From assembly GCA_002633005.1 (NCBI GenBank), contig NMRA01000498.1, positions 175,772 through 239,771 on the forward strand: a stretch of DNA of 64,000 nt, written 5' to 3'. The stretch comes from Phoronis australis (lineage: Eukaryota > Animalia > Phoronida). The position numbers were made by a program, and so were the translations under genes. The notes below the pieces were generated by a model. That model was not told the origin of the DNA. It saw nothing but the letters and a program-made list of their open reading frames with translations, and made no database searches. This document shows, piece by piece, positions 40,368 to 53,000 of this stretch; the stretch's first letter is position 1, and each line of letters opens with the position of its first letter.

Positions 40368-41670
40368 GCATTCTGACACCTCGTAACTGACAAAATCGTG
40401 GATTTTCTTGTGTCCTGTGAACAGGCCAGTCGAAAGGGAAATCTTCCGCCAAATAATGCAACGCAATAACATTACTTTTGCCTTCTGATGACCCCCTAGA
40501 TGAGATTTTGGGTTCAGGTTCGGAACATGTAGCCTTAACGCTGGGGTCATCAAGTGCAAAATAGCATTACACAATCACCCAATTAAACCATCGTACTCGA
40601 GCACAGAATTATGTCTTGCAAAGGTCTGTATTCAACTTGAACAGAAAATGTTTAAAAACATTTTGGTGCCAATTTTGAAGAAAAAACATTAGAGCCAGAC
40701 CCTGGTGACTGTATTCGTTGCGGTTTATTTCAGTACAACTGTGATGAACTTATGATTGCTATAACAACTCTCGCGGCCCAGTATAGTAACCCAAAAATGG
40801 TACTGGTCCAAAGGTGTTTCCCAATAGCCGGCTCGGGGGTTGTCCCAAGGCTAGATCTGGCGGTACTCCCATAGCCAAAGGTTATTGGCAAATAGTGCAC
40901 TGGCATATCATGATGTCCAACTCCATTTTCTTGTCATATGTGCACTGCTATATCCATTTGGGAATTCACTTATTTATGCGATAGTTATTTGTTAATTCCT
41001 TTACTTGTTTACCTAAACGTAATAAATTCACAGACCCAGAGGGTGTTAGCTAAAATTTCTGAAACTGGTGCGCTAGGTCATAAGAAAAGTCATTCGAAGA
41101 AAACGGTTGGCGTTCTTATACTAAAGCTTCATTCATCTTCATCATGGCGTCGTTATTATTATTGCTTACTGCATGTAACAACGAACGCAAAAAACGTATA
41201 TACTAAGCTGGATGCGGGACTTCCTCAGATCTGGACGTCCCTCTTAGTTGGATCTGCGAGTCGGCAAACCAATGACTCTGTCTTGGGATTAACCTACCAC
41301 ACGAGCTGGCTATATTGAAATAACTTCCGATGTTGTGTTGTGGGAGTAGCCTACCCCATCGAACTGTATCCGAGAGTACCCTCAAAATGCTCCCCGGATC
41401 GAGATGAGTACACACCGAAGTGAATGGGCGTGCAAGTGCCTCTCAGGTCTTCGTGGAACCACACGTTGCTCTGGCTGTGAGAGTAAGCAACCCCTCATAG
41501 TAACCTATGGAAATTTTAAGTATTTTGGTGCCATACCCGCTTTTTGGGTTTGTAACAAATCGGGGTTTACTTTACTGGTCTCCGCTTTATTACAGTTTTG
41601 TAATAAAAGGGGTCACAATGCTGTAGGCCCATCACTGTCGTTCGCGGACTTCAGATTGACACTAACGGAT

Positions 41671-41684
41671 GATAACCGATAAGC
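41671..41684 (+). promoter_or_regulatory. Double GATA motif GATAACCGATAAGC upstream of ShKT-mucin gene B
   Basis: Identical to 32461-32474; begins 76 nt before the ATG at 41747. Confidence 0.55.
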
Positions 41685-41746
41685 ACGACTTTATTATTAG
41701 CTATGCATCCAGGCACGGACCAGTGTTCAAAGGACAGGTAACCGCA

Positions 41747-44700
41747 ATGGGGTTTAGCAGACGGTCGTTCTTCTTTGGATTAATTCTTTTCAGTGCCACG
41801 TTGCTGGTAGACTGGACTGTTGCACGGCGTAAGTATACACCTGTCAATGAACGGAAATAATTTTATATCCAATCTCAGCTTTTGGATACAACAACCTAAT
41901 AGAAGTAGATAGAATTGTAAACACAAATATTTCAACCTTTTTACCATTCCTTGTATGGGAAGTGAGTATCGAACGGTAATCTATTTCGGTAGCCTGTTGC
42001 AATTAATTAGCATTTTCTGTTACGCACATCAGTTTTACCATGGTTTTACTAGATATTATTATAAAAACGCTTTTCACATGAATGAACGTGACATGTTCAT
42101 TAATGACACACAAGATTCAGATTTCCTTGACCGCCTGCACACCAACACTTTTGGTCTCGAGCACAGTATTTTCCTCTTGCAGACAGACAAACCACTTCCT
42201 CAATATGAAACGCCAAAGGGTTTTCAAACGAGTATATGGAATTTCAGGTCTGTGCGTAGGTAACGCGTGCGGGTTTTTACAAGTCAACGCCTTCGCGAAG
42301 GCGTAGACTCATTTACGCGTGAATCTATTTTTGTAGCGGGTTGATGCACAGCGAAGACGATAGCTGAACATGATTCACATGAAGTGCCTGCCGAATGACA
42401 GCCCTTGTTACACACTGATATCGCCGGGATTGTGGACATGGACCCCTTGCAATTCCTTCAAAATGTCGTCATCTGTCAGCCACTCTCGTGTACAAGTCAA
42501 ATTTTACACGTTAGTGGAGGATCAAGTGGGCGCATTAAATACGCGATCGTTGACGTCATCTTGCGAATGTTCTGCCTTCGTTCATAGGATGGAGAATTGG
42601 AAGCAAATCAATATAAAGTTCGCCTAACGCGTAAACGTGTAACACCCGCAAGCATTCACGCGTAGTGGTGTAAAACCAGCATGCGTTACCTACTAACAAA
42701 CTCCGGTTTGTACATAGAAAAGCTTTTATGGGCAAGATGTAATGAACGGGAGTGGGGTTGGTCTGTTCGTGAGCAAAGAAATGAGAAACGGAAAAAGTGA
42801 TGCAGGAGGGGAATTTGCGTCCGCGAGAGGGGGCTAGTCTGCGTGAGTCGTGAGCGGGCCTAAAGATGTCTGCGTGGCTTGAAACACCACGCTCCAGTAC
42901 GCCTTTGGCACCATCTTCATTGACGATTTCTCAAGCAAACAGAATGCCCAACTTGAGAACAACACCCGGAAAAGGTGTATTTGTGAATCGAGCGTGGTGT
43001 TCATAAAACACGTTTAAAGGAAAAAGTATCTAAAATATTCTAAATTCACAGTAAATGACTCAAGTATTTTAGATTCAGTAAATGATCTGTGACTTTTTCT
43101 GCCTAGTGCGCTGAAGGGGTGAATAAATGCGTCTCTAAGGCCAAACTTTACGTGCACGTATGAGAGGAAACTAGATCAATGTCGAAGGAACACTTGAGAG
43201 CCTCACTTCTTCTCGCATCGGGTCGGGCGGAAAAATAAAACAAGTTGAAGTGATGGGGGTTCAAGTAATATAGAAGATCCAAAACTACTGTTCGGCCCTG
43301 TAGTTTTATACAGCCTAAGTGTCAGTACAGCTTAGTCTCTGTTTAACAAAAATAACACCATGAGTAATTTTTTTGTGTGATTCGGACACTCGGCGTTCTC
43401 TTCACATCAAATTCAGCAGAAATAATGCGTGATTGCATAGGAAAACGATTTTTTTATAATTCTTAAAACAGTAGAGAAGGTGAGGAATAGCGTGTTAAAT
43501 TACTTTTCGGTTTTGGAAACAAAGAGATGACAATAGTATATTTTTCTTCGGGCATTAAGATACTGCAGTTTCCCACTCATCATTTTCAGGCGAAAACACG
43601 GATTTCCCAGCCTCTTGAAATTCGCTTCTAAACAATGGGGCCAGGAGATCCCGGGGGGAGTGTTCAGACAGACGGTAGTATATTCCGGCGATTGTGGCCA
43701 GCTGGTCAGTTATCGTAATAGGAACTTTGCAGCATTCAGAGCGCAAGCAACGAGACTCGGGTAGAAAATAGAGACCTTTCGCATGTTTTTGGCAATGAAC
43801 GTTCCCAAGGTGATATCTCGAAGTCAAAATTATGCGTTCGGGCGAGACGAGTACTTGAGACGGCAAATACAGACCAGAGTCGATGGCGGCACCCCCCCCC
43901 CAAATCCTTTCTAATCGGATAACCACCGAGCATTGCAGAGTCCACACAAAGACCACTCGTTATCTGGATGTACTATTCTGATGTGTCAAAAAGCGTGTCA
44001 TTTCTTAATACCAGCACCGATTAGGAGCTTTTTTATCTATGGTACCCGCCATGAACTTCTAACAGTGGCCGATTGTCCAATCTGGCCAGGGTTTGGTGAA
44101 GATACGCGCACTATGTAATTTAATGAACGCGCTGGTTTGTAAGGCAACAGACATTTTGTCAACTTCAATAATACTATCTAGGAATGTTTGACAGAAATTC
44201 ATACCAATCGCTGGTCGTTCAGTGAATAAAACTAACAAGTCGTCTAATGCACGTCTAGATTTCCCGCCGGGTCGAGCGCTGCGGGTAAGTTTCCATCGAG
44301 TACCGTATTTGTTGAGAACCCTGTCAATAAGTATCTTTTGAGGTTTTAAATGCAATATGCTGAGGCCAATGGTACAGTCGTATTTAAAGAAAACATGCGG
44401 ACATAAAGTACTTGGGGGGGGGGGGGGNGGGTTATAAACTGTAATTTCGGCCTCTGGTTTACCGACTGCTAAGAACACAGGGAACTTGCATGGGTGTTAA
44501 TTCATACGAGAATCATTGGAATTACTAAACTACATTCCTTTCAGAAATACCACGCACGCTCAGACGCACCCCCTCGATACCACAGGGTCGAACAGACTGC
44601 TTAGATAAGTTGTTCCAACACCCGGACCGCGTTTGTTCTCATCCAGCTTACAAAACCGCATGCCGAAAATACTGCCGGCAATCTGACTGGGACTCAAGAC

Positions 44701-47672
44701 GATGTGATGACAACCCAACCTTTCGTAGCCTGTGTAGCAAATGGAAACGGCACGACAAATGCTCTTCTGGCATCGCGCAACAGCAGTGCATAAAAACGTG
44801 CACGGGATGCGCAACGCCGCTGGGACTGCAAAAACGCAGTGTTCCCAGACGGAGGTCTTGTAAAGACAAACACTATCATTGTCCTTATATGGCAAGAACT
44901 GGAGAATGTAAACGATATGCCACTTTATGTCCCAAGTCATGTGGCAAATGTGGTAAAAAACTCGTCACTACGATGAAAACGACGCCTGTTCGTCCACCAT
45001 CAGTCAAACCGAAGATTACAACAAAGCTCGCCACGACAGTTCCGTTAAAGTCTTGTTCAGACAAGCATTACCACTGTCCTTATTTGGCAAGAACTGGCGA
45101 ATGTAAACGATATGCCACCTTATGTCCTAAGTCATGCGGTAACTGCGGTCAGAAAGTCATGACTACGAAAACCCCGTCGCAGTCTTGTTTAGACCATCAC
45201 AATGAATGTCCGTATCTGGCAAAAACTGGCGAGTGCGAAAGATATGGCACTTTGTGCCCTAAATCCTGTGGTCGATGCCGTCAAAAAGTTGGAACCACGA
45301 AAATGACCCCAGAACTAACAACAGTGACAAAGACAACAAAACAAGCAACAGCAACAACACAAAAAATACCAACGACGCCAACACGAATAATTACAACAAA
45401 GGAAATCACAACAGAGACACCAACATCATCAACTAAGGCAACGACACAAAAAATACAAACAGAAATACCATCGCAAAGAACTACAATAACCACAACAGAA
45501 AAGAGACTAACATCCTCACCAACTCAAGCAACAACGAAAACAATTCGAACGACGACACCAAACCGAACAACAAGAACGGCAACTATAGTACAAACCCTCA
45601 CATCAACAATACCTCCAGCACAAACAAATCAAACTCTGTTACCACCAAAAACAACAACAAAAGCGAACACAACTACACAAACATCAAAATTAACACCAAC
45701 ACCAAAAATAATTACACCAAAAATTCAAACAAAACCATCTCCACTTACAACAACAAAGTCAACTACAACACAAACGCCACCAACTGAACTCGTTACAAGC
45801 GCTTCAACACAAACGCCACCAACAGAACTCGTTACAAGCGCTTCAACACTAACTACCAGACCCAAGACACCGACTCGGAAGGTGAGCACGCCTAAAATTA
45901 CACCTCCAACGACACTCAAGACCATACATCAGAAGGTAGCGTCACCAACTACCGTCTTGACAACCGACGCTGGACAATTGTCCACTCATGCAACAGAGAT
46001 GCTGAAAACGTCAATTTTCAACAACGCAACTGTGACAACGACCCAAGCAGACCCCACGACCTCGACTGAAGAAGCAACAAACACGGTCAAGAATAGATCC
46101 ACAACGATTCGTCCAAACACGACGTCCGTATCCCCTGTAAAAAGCATCTCCACCAAATCCTCTCAAGAGACCGAAACACCATCAACCGTTTCTCCTTCTG
46201 CCTTGACAAGAACAACAAATGCTACAACAGCGATGGCGACTTCGACCACAGCACCGGAAACGACTACGTCACAGAAGTTCTACTGCAACACCTGTAATTC
46301 AACTGACGGTTCCTGCGACAATAAACCCCAGACATGCCCAGAAGATGAGAATTACTGCATGAATACCATGGTGGACACGACTGACGGCAAACGTGAAATT
46401 TCGAAAAGGTATTTTTACTTTAATTATATGGTTAAAGCTAGAACTATTTCATATTACTCCCAGGCTTTAACATTTCGCCCCATACAAATTTGAACTCACA
46501 AAGCTGCATTTTGCCCTCTTCAGCTGACTAAAGAGCGAAAATTGAGTTAGGTCTTTTACACTCTTAAAATCAGTCTCGTAAATAGGCCTATTACTTACAG
46601 GGATAGAAATCAATTTCGGTTACCAACTCGTGGAAACGGAATTCTATCACGATAAGGAATATGAGTACAGTTTTATGAGATTAAATGACCTAGTAACTAG
46701 ATTTTATTTTGCCAGCTGAACAAGGCACACTGCTGCTTTAACCGAGGCGCTTTGGGGTTTAAAAACATTTACATATACCTCGCTCGCTCGCAGCTCCGAC
46801 AAACCCACTCAGGCCACGCCCGATAGTTACCGTTGCTAAGACCCACAAGCGCAGAGACTATACGGTGGAAATCCTTTGCAAGACTATTTCCTGCAGTGAC
46901 TATCCATGACAACAGCCTTTCAGCCCATTTATAAATTGAGCGAGACCGTTGCCACGTCAGGTTCATTCACGCGGATGTTTACCGTGGACGAAGTACTCCT
47001 GTTTCGCATTGTAGTCTTATGTTCCGCGACAAGATTACAGGCGCTCTGGTTAGCAAGACGGGAAAACTATTTTCACGCAATTTGAATACAGTTAAATGCA
47101 GTAGTGGTTACGATATGAGGGGAAGGGACACTATTTTTCAATTGGTGATATCTGTGCCATAAAACGCTCAGGAGTAAAACACAATTGACAGGCTTGGAAT
47201 GATTCCTTTAGGTACTATAGGGAATAATGTTTACGGAACAAAGATGGCTGCATAAGTATAGAGATATCTAAGGGTGGCGGACTATGGTCGTGTTTACATG
47301 TTGCCACGACATGATTGACTGGGATTATTAGCCTGATTGAATATCCATTACATTTTGTGCCTCTCTTGCTTAACACTAGGCCTAGTACAGGTTTGACCCA
47401 TTTCTTTATTCAGCTGTGTAACGTTGAAAAGATGTGTCACCAAGTGGTTTCAAGAGTCTTTCGACGAGCCAGCATGCCTATCCATCTTGTACGGGGCGGA
47501 CAAGCCGATTCCGGAGGGATTGGCATGCAACTTCTGCTGTACAACACCCGGATGTAACCTAGCCGACGTTCCACCAACCGAAACCATGTTTGAACAGCTA
47601 AAACTAGCCAAAAACAAAGAAGAATGGGAACAAATTTCTAAGTCTGTAAACAGAGGTGTAGTTAGCCTCTAA
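41747..47672 (+). CDS. Secreted ShKT-repeat / mucin / Ly6-uPAR-like protein B, about 734 aa. Exons 41747-41828 (signal peptide), 44545-46408, 47414-47672.
   Basis: Exon 1 MGFSRRSFFFGLILFSATLLVDWTVAR ends at GTAAGT in phase 1. Exon 2 has a partial module, four ShKT modules (three near-identical, like CxDKHYHCPYxARTGECKRYATLCPKSCG), a long Thr-rich stalk and FYCNTC...YCMNTM. Same phase-2 intron position as paralogue A; exon 3 contains CNFCCTTPGCN. Confidence 0.9.
42256..42693. mobile_element. MITE of about 440 bp in intron 1 of gene B
   Basis: TIRs of about 25 bp (GTAGGTAACGCGTGCGGGTTTTTACA and TGTAAAACCAGCATGCGTTACCTAC) plus an inner inverted pair TACGCGTGAAT / ATTCACGCGTA. Confidence 0.7.
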
Positions 47673-49251
47673 GGAATATTAGAATTGATGTATGCTAATT
47701 ACAAATGGAAAAGTATTACAATGATCATAAACAATGCAGTTAACATATTTTGAGTATGAGTATTGTTTTTGTCATTCAAAAACGCAACCTTTTGAATCAC
47801 TGACAAGTCACTTGAAAATAGACAAAAACAAATTTTCGTCATGATGACAACTTTTCAAAATCCAAATGTTATGATAGTCATACCTTGAGTTGTAATGGTT
47901 TTCATGCAAAACTGTTGCTGCGACTACAGATATTTTCTCATGAAAACCTTTCAAAAATTCACCCAACATGTTGTAATAGCTATTTAACATTTTGTATTGT
48001 AATGGTCTTCAAGCAAAAAAATTACCGTGATAATATATTTGAGTTGACGGATATAAATACAATACTTCAGTTACTGCATATTCAATTCAATTCTTTACAC
48101 AATATACTAAGTGACAGAGGAGACTACTTTATCACACCTACAGTGTATGCCAAAAGCAGACAGACAAAATGACCGGAATCACCCTATCGTGATGGCTGGG
48201 CCGAAGTCGAATTTATTCTTGGAGTAATCTTCCTTCAAAACAGAGATTCACATGTGTGTTAGTAAGGAAGCTGAGCCAATCTGTAATTAGAATTTTTGCT
48301 GCCACATTAGTCATCATCATAAATTTTGATGTTAATCAAGGCTTGGAACAACCAATGACAAAAAAGAGGAAACATCTCCAGCTGATGTATGGTTCCACAA
48401 ATATACTTGTGTGGCAAAATATATTTTCTAGTAAAATTTAAGTGAAATAAATGTTGTTAAATGAATAAAGTCAAAATAATGATAAAAGAGAGGAAAAAAA
48501 GAGGAAACTGGAAATGAAATAAGAGCATATTGAAACCAAAAAAGAGGAATTCCTCTTAAAAGATGGAAATTCCAAGCTCTGGTTAATAGAACTTGCCGTG
48601 GTGATGGGGAATGGTATTTTGTCTGATCACTTTTGTAATGCACTGTATAGAAAAGCCTGAAATAAATACTACATCAGCTTAGTAGGTTTCTTGGTAATGA
48701 TCCAATATAACGTGCCCGCATTTTTAGAGAACCAGTTTTCTCCACTGAATAACAGGCATCAAACTGGTTCTCAGAATACCAGCACGTTATATCCGACTAT
48801 TGCCGGTTTCCTTACACATAAATATGTGAACATGGAAAAAAGCAGTTCTTTCTATTCGTCCCGTTACAAAAACCTCTCGTTTAGTTTCGACTCCATATGA
48901 CAGCAATTTCCAAATCAAGGCTTAATCCAAAATCTATCTATTCCATTGCTAAGCGTTCCCATGGTCTCTTACACCATCACCAGCTACAATGAGCAAAATA
49001 AGTACCAGAGAACCGAAACCAAACGCATCGATTTTGGCTAACTTTCATTGAAGTTCTAAAAAATGTCCTCACCTAAATGTTCACGAGGAACTAAACTTCC
49101 GAAGAAAGTTAAGAAAATCACCAGTTTTAGATCATGACATATTGCAGTGCAGTCATCGCAAATGCACTAATTTCTCTACTTCACACAAAGATCAGGATTG
49201 CTGACCAACGTACTTGTTGATGCCAGACGTTCTTGTACAAACAGGCAAAGT

Positions 49252-49316
49252 CCCTAATGTAGTGAGCATTCAGCCCCTAATGTAATGAACATTCAGCCCC
49301 TAATGTAGTGAACATT
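49252..49316. repeat. 23-bp tandem repeat, about 3 copies (CCCTAATGTAGTGAACATTCAGC)
   Basis: Copies start at 49252, 49275 and 49298. Confidence 0.8.
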
Positions 49317-50098
49317 ATGTCTCCCATTTTGTGCAGCATTATACCATGCTAGTCAAGACAGTAAGCTACACACCTCCAATGCAAAAGTGCTCAGGTCATA
49401 GTCTCTGAATGGGTAACAGTGATGCGAGACAAGTTTCAGCCTAGGCACACAGCTCAGCTCTAAGCTTTCTGTATGCACTGGCTCTTAGACACACTGCCAC
49501 GGTGTCTCCCAGTTCATGACAGTTCTAAAACAGTGGGAAAACCAAAGTGCTTTGAACAAAGAAGGTCACACTTGAGATTTCGAGCTATATTCAGACACAC
49601 GCAATTTTGTTGAATTCCTCATGTCGACTCCTGGGTATCTACGAATCACTACAGTGGCCTGCACATACGGTGTTTTTATGGTGATGCTGCAGTTATACCA
49701 CGGTGTCGCCACTAGGCAATACACGATCCAACAGATCTATACAACAACAGCGGTTCTCTTCCACACTTCAGTTCTATGCAGTGGCTCAATAGTAGCACAC
49801 TGAAACGTGGAATTTATGTAAGTAAGCAGATGAGTTGTGTAAAACGAGTATTCACAAAGGCATCCTGTCAGCCATCTTACGAGTAATTAGCATAATGTTT
49901 TCATTCTGGCCAATCACATGGAATCACCACGGGTGGGCAGAACCAAGCCACAAATCACGCCACTGGAATGCAGGCTTTACCCAATTAGAAGGCTAATCAT
50001 AATCCGATATGCCTACTTCTATAACAGCGTGTGAACTCGGTATAAATGGCTGAACAGATCAGACTAGGAACATAAAGAATGTTTAGACTGCAGCTGCT

Positions 50099-53000
50099 CT
50101 ACGCTTCGCTCTCTCCTGGCTCTTGCATATCTTCTAATATAGGCACAATCAAGTTGTCCTTTGGCATAAGATTATATTTGGTGACAAATACCGTAAATCT
50201 TCTACACAGCGCCGTCTCGTTCTGAAATCCAAAAGGGACAATGTAGAGATACATGTTTGATTTGTGACACACTCCTTCAGCTGTGTCAACCGCCAAAGAC
50301 ATTTGATTTTACTTTGATTTTACTTGCAAGCAGGAAGTCGTCATCGACAACCAATCAGATGTCTTAGCCAGCTGACACAGCTGTAACTGCGGAGTAAATC
50401 AAATGCAGCCAATGATGAAATCAGTGAACAGAGGGTGACTAGAAATTAGGATGGAAAAAAATTCCAACAAAAAAGTCTTTGCTGAAAAACGAACATGTTA
50501 CGTTTAAATCATCATGCATCAATGCCTTGACTACCGAGTCACTTGGCAAAAATCTTCCTGGTCACTGTTAATAGATTGATCAGCGAAAAAAGACGCGTCT
50601 TTTCTACAAGTCCCCATGAAATCATTTAGCACATTTTGACAGTACCTCAAACTCATCAAAGAGGGCTCTGTGGTGGAAATAAGCATGAGAGAATATCCTG
50701 TATACACGTCGGCACACAGAGCCAAGTTTGGTGACCGATGAATCTTTTATGCTAACCCTGTAAAATAGCAAACAGTGCATGAAGCTAAACAAAAATAGAG
50801 ACGGGGCAACTCACGAGCTCAGATTAGTTTCTTAATCAGCTAAGAACAGAGTGATTTTGATTTGCCAGTTGCCACTCCATACATTTCACTAGTAATATCA
50901 TTTAAAAGGATGCTAAACCTTGTTTTCATGATTTCAACCAATCCTTGTGCTGTCACCAGCTAATGCATCGTCACCAAGTTGTCTGAGCGCAGCTGGAATT
51001 CCCGATAAGGACGCCTGAGTGCAAGCGGCCATAATGATCGAAACACGTTATTTTGACTTGCAATGTACGTGTAACAATAAACTAAAAAATTAACAACAAA
51101 AAGTTGTTTTTGTATTTGGAATTGATGGTCAATGGAATATGAAACTCATTTATTAATGAACACTTAGGTGATTGACATAACTAGAATGCTGACAGTTTTT
51201 CATCAGGTAATATGTATGTTAAGTCATGACATGTCTGTCACTACTACGATGCAACTTGGAACCACAAATAAAAATAGAAATGCACAGTTGCATCACATTT
51301 TCAAAAAATTTTCAGGTCTTAGATTTTTTCCAATTCAGGTAACCACAGTGGGGAGGCAGGACAATTTAGCACTTGAAATATTTACAAAACTTTGTGTTTG
51401 GATTCATCGGTGTGTTCCGACATGATCATGTTTCTAATCGCAAACTTTAGTCACAAAACAAGCCAGTTTCACTCCTAGTATGTTACAGCAACAGGAATAG
51501 GTTTCTTTGAAAATCTCGAAACAAAATGTGTAAATTAGCTGCTAAATTCTCATCAGTACGCCATAAATGTGAAAATTAGCAGCTAAATTCTCATCAGTAT
51601 GCCATAAATGTGAAAATTAGCAGCTAAATTCTCATCAATGCGCCATAAATGTGTAAATTAACTGATAAGTTCTTATCAGTACGCCATAAAACATTTAATC
51701 AAGAATCTACTAACCTACTGGGAAAGTACTTGTTGCTATTCAGCAAGCATGCAGCTCCATCTAGTGTGTGGCGAGTATAGTCTATAGCAGGGCACTGAAA
51801 AGACAAGTAGGTTACTTTTGAGGTTCATTTTACAATAATGCATAAAAAAGATGAAAATGAAAAATAATTAATTTGTTGGCATCAACCTGCATTCCGTCAA
51901 AATAATGAAACATTTGGTTTAGATCAACAGGGTCCTCAATCCCTCGATTTTGGGGCCGAATATCAGCCCTATTCCCCTCTGAAAATAATGTGAAATTCAC
52001 CTCACGCGGCCCAAAAATTCCCCTCAAGTGATTGAAAAATTTTCCTCGAGATTCGAATCACATGTTACCCACACAGGTGACAATTTGAAAGAGCACAAAA
52101 TATTAGTTTTAGCTACTTGAGGCAAAGCCTATGAGAGCTTGCAACAGAGTGAGGGGTGCTATTGATGGTGATGGGGAGGTATAATTTACTGAAAACAAAT
52201 GCCTTCTCAGAAGACACAGCACCTTTCCCCTCCAATTAACGAGTGCCCCGACCACTTACAAGTATCAAACTGGTCACAACTTGTACCTTTTACTGACCAG
52301 ATGTAGTTTCTGGGAATACAAATAACTGACAGTTTGTTATACAGCTCGAGAACATGCGCCACCTAAAATACGACACAATTCTAATGAATCATCGAGCCTG
52401 ACCTCAACTAGTAACAAACTGCAAGTTATTTCCAAGCCCACGTTTAATTTGAGTGAAGTACCAGTTCAGACCGATATCGTAACTGTACGTGGTTTAATTA
52501 AAAAAAACTTTGATGGAAGGCGGATTCATAGCGAAGAGTATTCCTTCATTTAACAGCTACAGCAAATGAGTAACTAGAATGACTCACAACGAAAGCATAA
52601 ACTTGCAGAAAACCATGCGATTTGAGACGAAATGAAACCCCTTAGACATTAACTACCATTCAAATTGTGGCTGACAAAGGAATTTTTAATGGCTTGTAAC
52701 CAAAACACAAACAAGTAGTCAAAAAAAATCTTGGGTCGCATTGGTAACCTGCAGGTCGCTCAATAGAACTCTGTTCTATAAGCCTCACATAAAATAAATT
52801 TAACCAATCAACTTAAGGTAAAATTTCATCAAACTCTAAAAAAAATAATTGCCACAATAGTAAGCATTCTAAATTTCAGTGCAATAAAAAGGCTCGGAAT
52901 TTCATCGTCTGTAAATTGAGGACAGCTGTACACTATAAAATGAAAAAAAAGTTTTCTTTGTGTATTTCTCTTGACAAAGCTAATTAAATTTCCATGTTCC

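Noticed and set aside
36021-45925. Val-rich antisense and alternative-frame ORFs over the ShKT-mucin exons, and the track's starts at 35937 and 44610
   Set aside because: They mirror ACN-rich Thr codons. The real N-termini come from spliced signal-peptide exons at 32520 and 41747.
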